NCBI GenBank assembly: GCA_038734945.1
Contig: JAVYOA010000001.1
Coordinates: forward strand, 62,001-126,000
DNA length: 64,000 nt
Origin: Fervidicoccaceae archaeon
GTDB taxonomy: Archaea; Thermoproteota; Thermoprotei_A; Sulfolobales; Fervidicoccaceae
Direction of reading: 5' to 3'
The notes beneath the pieces are model-generated. The model was not told the origin of the DNA, ran no database searches, and was given only the letters and a program-made list of their open reading frames with translations. Every line of letters begins with the position of its first letter. Positions within the stretch are counted from its first letter, which is position 1. The position numbers and the translations under genes are program-made. Shown one piece after another: positions 57,012 to 64,000 of the stretch.

Positions 57012-58430
57012 TTGCTTGGTCTAATAGATGAGGGGAGTAGAAGAGGGGCAGCCTATGTTGAAGTGAGATATCAGGCAGACAGTGGAAAAGCTATAATGAT
57101 GAGGAATGGGAGGGTTCTCAGCCTATCCTCATTTGGAGGAGAGGGTGTTGGAATAAGGATCCTCCTTGATGGAGGAATTGGGTTTTCCTCCACCAACAGC
57201 CTGAACAAATCATCCTTGCGTGAAGCATTAGAAAGGGCCCTTTCTGCTGCCAGGGTAGCAGGAAGGCTAAAGAGAAGAAAGACTGGGATGAGCGATGAGA
57301 GAGTAGGAAAAGCATCATATGAAGCTCTTCAGAAGAGGAGGATCGATGATTTGAGCGTAGATCTCCTGGTTGAGAGAGCCAGAGATGCTGAAAAAAATGC
57401 GAGAGATGCTTTGAAAGAGGCGAGACTGTCTGTTTTTGCCTTCTCCCTATCTTCCCACGTGCAGGAAAAGCTCCTGCTAACAAGCGACGGAGCAAAGATA
57501 CAATCCAGAATTCCGAGGCTCTACGCGTCGATTAATTTTGTTCTGGAAGATTCCGGAAGGACCCTTCAGAGATGGAGGGAGTTCGGCGGAAGTGGAGGTG
57601 CTGAGCTGCTTGATGAGTGGAAGATTGAAGAGGAGATGCGGGAAGAAGCTTCAAACCTTGAAGTGGTTATGTTGAGGGGGATCTCCCCTCCAAACGAAAA
57701 GCTGGATTTAGTATTGGGACAGGAGATTGTTGGGCTGGCAATGCATGAGTCCTCGGGTCATCCTATGGAAGCCGATAGAATTCTGGGAAGAGAGGCAGCA
57801 CAGGCCGGAGAGTCCTTTGTAAAGCCAGAGAGAATTGGAGAAAAAATTGGAAGCGCTTTAGCAACTGTGATAGATGATCCTACAATTCCTGGAAGCATGG
57901 GGTTCTATCTCTATGATGATGAAGGCATTCCTGCAAGGGCAAAACACCTCTATAGGGAGGGGGTCATTTGGGAGCCTCTTATGAACAGGGAAATGGCCTT
58001 CATGGTTGGTAGAAAGAGCAACGGGTCGGCAAGGGCAATGAACTATGCATCTGAGCCTCTCGTGAGAATGAGTAATACGTATTTGGAGCCTGGCACCATG
58101 AGCTTTGAGGAGCTGATTGAGGACATATACTTTGGCCTGTATGTGAAGAGCTACATGGAGTGGAACATCGATGATATAAGATGGAATCAGAGATATGTAG
58201 GACTCGAGTCGTACATTATTAGAAATGGGGAGATAAACGAGCCTGTGAGGAACCCAGTTATAGAGATAACAACTGGGGACTTCTATGGAAAGCTTGTTGG
58301 AAAGGACAAAAACCTGAAGTTTTTCCCTGGAACGTGTGGAAAGGGTGAACCTCATCAGGGGATCCCTGTTTGGTTTGGTGGACCTAACGTGAGGCTAAGA
58401 AACGTGAGCGTAAGAGCCCTGGGTGATTGA
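57012..58430 (+). CDS. tldD: TldD metalloprotease
   Basis: GIRIL, HESSGH metal motif, EADR, DDPT, YDDEG, RMSNT, GTCGK, GGP. Confidence 0.92.
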   Translation: MLGLIDEGSRRGAAYVEVRYQADSGKAIMMRNGRVLSLSSFGGEGVGIRILLDGGIGFSSTNSLNKSSLREALERALSAARVAGRLKRRKTGMSDERVGKASYEALQKRRIDDLSVDLLVERARDAEKNARDALKEARLSVFAFSLSSHVQEKLLLTSDGAKIQSRIPRLYASINFVLEDSGRTLQRWREFGGSGGAELLDEWKIEEEMREEASNLEVVMLRGISPPNEKLDLVLGQEIVGLAMHESSGHPMEADRILGREAAQAGESFVKPERIGEKIGSALATVIDDPTIPGSMGFYLYDDEGIPARAKHLYREGVIWEPLMNREMAFMVGRKSNGSARAMNYASEPLVRMSNTYLEPGTMSFEELIEDIYFGLYVKSYMEWNIDDIRWNQRYVGLESYIIRNGEINEPVRNPVIEITTGDFYGKLVGKDKNLKFFPGTCGKGEPHQGIPVWFGGPNVRLRNVSVRALGD

Positions 58431-58431
58431 G

Positions 58432-59760
58432 ATGAGTGCGCTTGAAATAGCGTCAAAATTGCTTGAGGCAGTTAGAACGAGCTGGCAGGATGCTGCTTCC
58501 ATGGTCATTGAAAGAGAAAGAACGCTTGTGAAGATATGGAATGGGGAGGCTGCTGTAGTGCAGAAATGGAAAACTGTTGACTCGTATCTGAGGTTGGGAT
58601 TGGATGGAAGATTGGTTGTGCTGGAGCTCTCAACCTCAGATCCGGGAAAGATAGCTGATGAGGCTGGAAGCATATGGAGAATAGCTAGGAGGCTGGAGCC
58701 ATCAGAGATATACTCTCCCCTTCCTCAGCCCACAGTCCAGAGGATGGTGGGGAAGGCTGGGGATCAGGGTGTGAAGGAGTTCATGGAAGATCCCTCACCC
58801 CTCGTTGAAGAGGCTCTGGATGAAGTGGCTAGGGAAGGAGGGGAGAGAGCCTCTGGAACACTTAGCTTGGAGCTCTACAGGAGAGGGCTTGCTACCACTG
58901 CTGGCTTCGAGGGAGAAGAGGAGAGAACGCTTCTTGCCTTTCATCTGAGAGCGTTTGCTGGGGAGGGGAGCGGGCACTGGAGCCTTGGATCAACGAGATT
59001 GGATAGAGATGGAATTAGGGAGGTTGGAAGGAGGGCTGGTGAGATTGCTATTATGTCTCGGAAGCCGGCTGATTTCTCTCCCGGAAAGTTCGATGTTGTT
59101 CTCTCTCCCATGGTGATGGGGAACTTGATGAACATTCTGGCACTAATGTCCTCTGCGCTCGCAACAATGATGGGATACTCCTTCCTTTCAAAGTACAAGG
59201 TAGGAGATGCTGTGGGATCTCAGAGCTTCTCTCTGTACGATAGGCCAAGAGACCAGGAGCTTCCAGGCGGAGCTCTGTTCGATGATGAGGGGGTTGAAAC
59301 AGTAGATAAGGCTATATTTGAGGGAGGGAAGCTCCTGACGCTGCTTCACAACACTGCTACTGCATCAAGGAACGGTGGAAAGAGCACAGGAAATGCAGGA
59401 TGGGTCATGCCAAGGGCCTGGAACTTAGATGTGCTGCCCGGAGATGTGAAGGAGGAAGAAATGGCAGAGATCCTCAGAAATGGTATAATTATAATGAATA
59501 ACTGGTACACGAGGCTGCAGAACTATGTTGAAGGTCAATTCTCAACGGTATCGAGAGATGGAGCGCTTCTCGTGAAAGACGGCGAGATTGTTGGAAACCT
59601 CGGAAGAGTTAGGCTCTCAACTTCTTTACCTAGGATGCTTTCAAGCATAGAGCAACTTAGCAGGGAGAGAAGCAACATTTTATGGTGGGAAGTTGAGATT
59701 CCGACGAGATCTCCATTTGCTTTAATAAGAGGTGTGAACTTAACTAGACCGGAGGTGTAG
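58432..59760 (+). CDS. tldE: TldE/PmbA family protein
   Basis: FDDEG, LHN..TA, STGNAG; no HExxxH motif; directly after tldD. Confidence 0.88.
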   Translation: MSALEIASKLLEAVRTSWQDAASMVIERERTLVKIWNGEAAVVQKWKTVDSYLRLGLDGRLVVLELSTSDPGKIADEAGSIWRIARRLEPSEIYSPLPQPTVQRMVGKAGDQGVKEFMEDPSPLVEEALDEVAREGGERASGTLSLELYRRGLATTAGFEGEEERTLLAFHLRAFAGEGSGHWSLGSTRLDRDGIREVGRRAGEIAIMSRKPADFSPGKFDVVLSPMVMGNLMNILALMSSALATMMGYSFLSKYKVGDAVGSQSFSLYDRPRDQELPGGALFDDEGVETVDKAIFEGGKLLTLLHNTATASRNGGKSTGNAGWVMPRAWNLDVLPGDVKEEEMAEILRNGIIIMNNWYTRLQNYVEGQFSTVSRDGALLVKDGEIVGNLGRVRLSTSLPRMLSSIEQLSRERSNILWWEVEIPTRSPFALIRGVNLTRPEV

Positions 59761-59764
59761 TGCA

Positions 59765-60148
59765 GTGAGAATAGCAGCACCAGTGGCAAGATCGGGCAAT
59801 GCTCTTCTACTTCATCCTCATTTTGGAAGAGCTCCATACTTTGCATTTGTTGAAGTTGTGAACGATAAGATCTCCTCAGTAGAAGTTGTGGAGAATATGT
59901 ATAGAAGCCATGAAAGAGGAAAGGCCAGAGGATTACTCAATGTAATAATGGAGAGGCACCCTGACTGCGTATTGGCTCTTGGAATGGGGGAAGGGGCGTT
60001 CGAAATGCTGAGGAGTTCCGGCATCAAGATATATTTCTATCCTAGCAGCTCCGGAGCGATGCCTCCTCTGGAAAAGGCCGTTGATTCCCTGATAAGGGGG
60101 GAGCTGAAGGAGGCTGAGGAGCCGAGAGAGCTCGATGAGGAGCACTAG
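59765..60148 (+). CDS. NifB/NifX (FeMo-co biosynthesis domain) family protein
   Basis: MRIAAP, HFGRAPYF, GMGEGA...GIKIY. Confidence 0.85.
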   Translation: MRIAAPVARSGNALLLHPHFGRAPYFAFVEVVNDKISSVEVVENMYRSHERGKARGLLNVIMERHPDCVLALGMGEGAFEMLRSSGIKIYFYPSSSGAMPPLEKAVDSLIRGELKEAEEPRELDEEH

Positions 60149-60648
60149 CTGAGGAATTGATAGTAATATAGAATTGATGCTATGGTCTTTGCATCTTTTA
60201 TCTTGTTTTTTTCTATGAGGGAGAGAGCCTCATTCATTGTTGCCCAGAAGTTCTCTATTATCTCCCCTTTTTCCCTTCTTGGTGAATCCTCCTCCAGATC
60301 TTCAGCCAGAAACACGTGAAGTATCTCATTCGATATACCAGGGGAAGAATAGAAGCTTATGAGCCTTCTGAGCTTCTTTGCTCTGTATCCCGTTTCCTCC
60401 AGCAGCTCTCTCTCAGCAGCCTCTTCTGGTGTTTCTCCTTCCTCAAGCGTTCCTGCTGGGAGCTCAATTATCCATTCTTTCACTGCATGTCTATACTGCT
60501 TTATTAGCAGTATCTTCTCTCCCGAAATTGGAAGAAGGACTACAGCTCCGGGATGAATCACTATTTCTCTATATGAGGTGGAGCCGTCGGGGGATTCTGC
60601 ATCACCAGCCAGCACCTTTATTCTCCTTCCAGAAAATTTAAGCTCCAA
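60145..60648 (-). CDS. NUDIX hydrolase (ADP-ribose pyrophosphatase-like)
   Basis: HPGAV, KQYR, ELPAG, Nudix box GTLEEGETPEEAAERELLEETG, SPG, IKDAKT. Confidence 0.92.
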   Translation of the reverse strand: MELKFSGRRIKVLAGDAESPDGSTSYREIVIHPGAVVLLPISGEKILLIKQYRHAVKEWIIELPAGTLEEGETPEEAAERELLEETGYRAKKLRRLISFYSSPGISNEILHVFLAEDLEEDSPRREKGEIIENFWATMNEALSLIEKNKIKDAKTIASILYYYQFLS

Positions 60649-61131
60649 TTATTTCACCAATATTGCGTTCCTAAATCACAAATTAAAAATTAGCTCCCTG
60701 GAGAACAGCTCCTTTATTGGTTTTTGCCCTTTCAAAATGATTTAGTTTCTAATAATAATCGATCTTCTTTATGCGAAGCTGTTTTTGGAAACGAAGCGAA
60801 ATTTCTATTTTATTTTAACAAGATGATTGTTCGGAGAGCTCTGCTGTAAATGCTTCTGCAATCCTTTTTGGAGGAGCTTGATAGTTTCCGAAATAAGGCC
60901 AGCTCATGGAAGGAACAGCACCGTAAAGGGCTACCTATTTGTTGGAAGAGGTATGTAGAGCTCGGAGACTGCTTGTGCTTGTCTTACTTCTTCCTTCAAG
61001 ATTTATGAATCCATTTTCAAATTTGATCAAAAAAATTTTAATATATATAAATAATTTATTTAATTTTTAAAGAAAATAAAAAAGAAAAGTTTATCGCTTT
61101 AAAGTTTCTATAATTAGAATGTGGTGGGAAA

Positions 61132-62160
61132 TTGTCAAGAGAGGAGATCCCGAGAGAGAAACTTCTGTGGATGTATGAGACGATGGTGAGGATAAGGAAG
61201 AGCGAGGAAGAGGCTTCCAGGCATTTCGCCCAGGGAAAGATCCCAGGATTCGTGCATCTCTATGCGGGCGAAGAGGCCGTGGCTGTAGGTGCCATGGCCA
61301 ATTTGAGGGATGATGATGTCATAACGAGCACGCACAGAGGCCACGGACACTTCATTGCAAAGGGAGGGTCCCTGAAGGAAATGTGGGCAGAGCTCTACGG
61401 AAAGAGAACAGGCGTATGCAAGGGGAAAGGAGGATCAATGCATATAGCAGATCTGAGGAAAGGAGAGCTGGGGGCAAATGGAATAGTGGGAGGGGGAATT
61501 CCCCATGCTGTTGGAGCAGGTCTGGCCTTCAAGCTATCTAAGTCGGATAGAGTAGCAGTTGCATTCTTTGGGGACGGTGCTTCCAATCAGCAGAACTTCC
61601 ACGAAGGGCTCAATCTGGCATCGATATGGAAGCTCCCCGTTATATTCATTTGTGAAAATAATCAATATCAGATTTCTCTTCACTATTCAAAGCAGCAAGC
61701 AATAAGGAGTGTTGCTGAGAGGGGGAGTGCCTACGGCGTTCCAGGAGTGGAAGTGGATGGGCAGGATGTCCTTGCTGTATACGAAGTAGTAAGAGAGGCT
61801 GTAGATAGAGCAAGAAGGGGAGAGGGGCCTACCCTGATTGAGGCAAAAACATATAGGTACTTGGGTCACTTTGAGGGAGATCCTCAGGTCTACAGGAAGA
61901 GGGAAGAGGTTGAATGGTGGAAAAAGAACAAGGACCCAATAGAGCTATTTAAGAGAAGGCTTCTGGACATGGGCATAGCTAAGGAGGAGGAGCTGAGAGA
62001 TATAGATAGCAGAGTTGAAAGAGAAGTACAGGATGCTGTTAGGTTCGCTGAGGAGAGCCCGTATCCGAATCCTGAGGAGCTTTATGAGGATGTCTTCTCC
62101 ACTCCAACGAGAGGGGTTCTTGTTTGGAAGTGGGGGTCTGAGGTGAGGTCGCATGGGTGA
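61132..62160 (+). CDS. acoA: Acetoin/2-oxoacid dehydrogenase E1 alpha subunit
   Basis: PGFVHLYAGEEA, STHRGHGH, GKGGSMH, TPP motif GDGA...ENN, GHFEGD. Confidence 0.85.
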   Translation: MSREEIPREKLLWMYETMVRIRKSEEEASRHFAQGKIPGFVHLYAGEEAVAVGAMANLRDDDVITSTHRGHGHFIAKGGSLKEMWAELYGKRTGVCKGKGGSMHIADLRKGELGANGIVGGGIPHAVGAGLAFKLSKSDRVAVAFFGDGASNQQNFHEGLNLASIWKLPVIFICENNQYQISLHYSKQQAIRSVAERGSAYGVPGVEVDGQDVLAVYEVVREAVDRARRGEGPTLIEAKTYRYLGHFEGDPQVYRKREEVEWWKKNKDPIELFKRRLLDMGIAKEEELRDIDSRVEREVQDAVRFAEESPYPNPEELYEDVFSTPTRGVLVWKWGSEVRSHG

Positions 62161-63139
62161 AAGAATCATAACGTTTGCTGAAGCGCTTAATGAAGCTCTG
62201 GACATAATGATGGCGAAGGATGAAAAGGTCATTGTGATGGGAGAGGATGTTGGAGTATATGGAGGGGTTTTTGGGGTAACTAAGGGACTCATAGAGAAGT
62301 ACGGACCAGAAAGAGTTAGAGACACACCAATAGCAGAGAGCGGGTTCATAGGCGCTGGCGTTGGAGCTGCTGCTATGGGCTACAGGCCGGTGGTTGAACT
62401 CATGTTCATAGATTTCCTTGGAGTTGCCTTCGATCAGATTTACAACCAGGCAGCGAAGATTAGATACATGTTTGGAGGAAGGGCCAAGATACCGATGGTC
62501 CTCAGAACCGTGGCAGGAGCGGGGTTCAGCGCTGCTGCACAGCACAGTCAGTCGCTGCATTCTATTTTCATCCACGTCCCAGGACTGAAGGTGGTCATGC
62601 CGTCCACTCCCTATGATGCAAAGGGACTCCTAATTGCGAGTATAAAGGACGACGATCCAGTCATCTTCATTGAGCACAAGGGTCTCTATGGAACTAAGGG
62701 GCCTGTACCAAAGGATGAGTATGAGGTCCCCCTGGGAGTGGCAGATGTTAAGAGAAGGGGGAAGGATGTAACAGTTGTTGCCACAGCAGCTATGGTCCAC
62801 AAGTCCCTTGCAGTGGCTGAAAGGCTCTCGAGAGAGGGGATAGATGTTGAAGTCATAGATCCGAGGACATTGAAGCCTATCGATGCTGATATGATACTCA
62901 GCTCAATTAGAAAGACTGGAAGGCTTGTTGTGGTTGATGAGGGCTATCCAAGGTGCAGCTTCGCTACAGATATAGCTGCTATGGCTGCCAGCATGGCCTT
63001 CAAGAGCCTCAGGGCTCCTGTAAAGCTGGTAACGCCCCCTGACACGCCTGTTCCCTTTAGCCCAGCCCTCGAGGAAAAGTGGATACCAAGCGAAGCGGAT
63101 ATAGAGAAGGCTATTAGGAGTACCATGGAGGATAAATGA
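62153..63139 (+). CDS. acoB: Acetoin/2-oxoacid dehydrogenase E1 beta subunit
   Basis: MGEDVG..GGVFGVT, DTPIAE, AAQHSQ, EHK, IDPRTL. Confidence 0.85.
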   Translation: MGERIITFAEALNEALDIMMAKDEKVIVMGEDVGVYGGVFGVTKGLIEKYGPERVRDTPIAESGFIGAGVGAAAMGYRPVVELMFIDFLGVAFDQIYNQAAKIRYMFGGRAKIPMVLRTVAGAGFSAAAQHSQSLHSIFIHVPGLKVVMPSTPYDAKGLLIASIKDDDPVIFIEHKGLYGTKGPVPKDEYEVPLGVADVKRRGKDVTVVATAAMVHKSLAVAERLSREGIDVEVIDPRTLKPIDADMILSSIRKTGRLVVVDEGYPRCSFATDIAAMAASMAFKSLRAPVKLVTPPDTPVPFSPALEEKWIPSEADIEKAIRSTMEDK

Positions 63140-63140
63140 G

Positions 63141-63452
63141 ATGGGAGAAAGAATAAAGGCTGCTTTCATTTTCATTGCCCCAGGCGCCAAGAGCGATAGG
63201 GATAGCGCCTTTGTGAGGACCCCCGCTGTTGATCTTGAGGTCCACGGAGTTAGCAGCTACGAGGAGGCTGCAGCTCTGGCTAAAAAGCTAGTTGAAGATG
63301 GAGTTTCTGTAATCGAGCTTTGTGGCGGGTTTGGAAACAGAGGAGTAGCTATTGTATCAGAGGCTGTGGCAGGGAAGGCTAAGGTTGGAGCAGTCAGATT
63401 CGATGTTCATCCAGCTCTGGGTGGACGCAGTGGGGATGAACTGTTCAAATAA
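63141..63452 (+). CDS. DUF6506-like small protein
   Basis: AAFIFIAPGA, GVSVIELCGGFG, VGAVRFD. Confidence 0.65.
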   Translation: MGERIKAAFIFIAPGAKSDRDSAFVRTPAVDLEVHGVSSYEEAAALAKKLVEDGVSVIELCGGFGNRGVAIVSEAVAGKAKVGAVRFDVHPALGGRSGDELFK

Positions 63453-63491
63453 TTTTTTTCAATAAATATTCTGAGTGGGGAGTGAGATTTA

Positions 63492-63734
63492 ATGGTTGAA
63501 ATTAATGTGGTCATGCCCAAGCTTGGTTTAACCATGAGGAGCGGAACAATAGTGGAGTGGCTGAAGAAGGAGGGGGATATGGTCAGGAAGGATGAGGCGC
63601 TGGCAACAATTGAGACTGGAAAGATTAGTGGAGAGATAAGATCCCCAGATGATGGAGTGCTGAAGAAGATCTTGAGGAAGAGCGGGGAGGAAGTTCCTGT
63701 GGGAGAGATAGTAGCAGTAATTGAGAAGGAGTGA
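63492..63734 (+). CDS. Stand-alone lipoyl domain protein
   Basis: MPKLGLTM..GTIVEWLKKEGD, IETGKIS (lipoyl Lys), SP.DGVL, VPVGE. Confidence 0.9.
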   Translation: MVEINVVMPKLGLTMRSGTIVEWLKKEGDMVRKDEALATIETGKISGEIRSPDDGVLKKILRKSGEEVPVGEIVAVIEKE

Positions 63735-63740
63735 AGAGCA

Positions 63741-64000
63741 ATGAATCAAGACGAGGAAGCTCTGAAATTTATGATGGAGCAGTATGATATTAAGGAGGAA
63801 GATGTTAGGAAAAGATTTGGAAAGTTTGATAGAGAAAGTGTAGAGAGATACATTGAAGAAGTGTTCCTACCAAAGATCAGGGAGAAAAGGAAGATAATAG
63901 GAATTAGGAAGACAATTGCTGATAATCTCTACAGAAGCTACAGCCAGGCTGTTCATGTGACGCTGAACATGGAAGTTAGCATGGAGAGGCTTCTGGCAAG
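63741..64000 (+). CDS. Dihydrolipoamide acyltransferase (E2) lacking a lipoyl domain, partial at the window edge
   Basis: Manual translation: MNQDEEALKFMMEQYDIKEEDV...ESVERYIEE...GIRKTIADNLYRSYSQAVHVTLNMEVSMERLL; SD AGGAG upstream. Confidence 0.78.
   Translation, partial: MNQDEEALKFMMEQYDIKEEDVRKRFGKFDRESVERYIEEVFLPKIREKRKIIGIRKTIADNLYRSYSQAVHVTLNMEVSMERLLA

Noticed and set aside
57858..58355. Long antisense ORFs (this one, 18117-18671, 62039-62575, 51692-52156 and similar)
   Set aside because: They lie opposite well-supported genes and have no motifs; typical antisense shadows.
59765..60148. NifB/NifX-domain protein as evidence of nitrogen fixation
   Set aside because: Stand-alone family members are widespread in non-diazotrophic archaea; no nif genes in the window.
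60649..61131. 480-bp intergenic region as an ncRNA or pseudogene
   Set aside because: No recognisable boxes, stable repeats or protein motif; consistent with divergent AT-rich promoters.

Overview
Gene-dense chromosome segment of a thermophilic crenarchaeote (Thermoprotei). The assignment rests on Cren7, TiaS, S17e, an EndA with the crenarchaea-specific loop and GGTGA/GAGGTG Shine-Dalgarno (SD) sites; finer taxonomy cannot be fixed from sequence alone. Core content: tRNA-Ala(CGC), tsr3, RFAP synthase, a tiaS-rps17e-Urm1/SAMP-PRTase-cgi121 cluster, a Mo/W-pterin synthesis cluster, glyS, endA, an E1-like ThiF/MoeB, mre11-rad50-nurA-herA and cren7. Accessory and metabolic content: a split Liv ABC system, PreA divergent from an atypical EtfBA, a TasA/AbpA-like fibre operon with SipW-type peptidase, DUF5305 protein and HTH regulator, a group 3b [NiFe] sulfhydrogenase, a COG1361 + MacB-type ABC cassette, an AT-rich kdgT-DUF1537-pdxA2 cassette, tldDE, tdk and an acetoin/2-oxoacid dehydrogenase operon with a split E2. 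Elements missed by the ORF track include a 36-aa Glu/Trp microprotein with its own promoter and SD, and an IS200/IS605-type end remnant. No CRISPR array, rRNA or intact transposase was seen. Several starts were moved from the ORF track to the SD-supported codon. All family calls come from motif recognition, not database searches.
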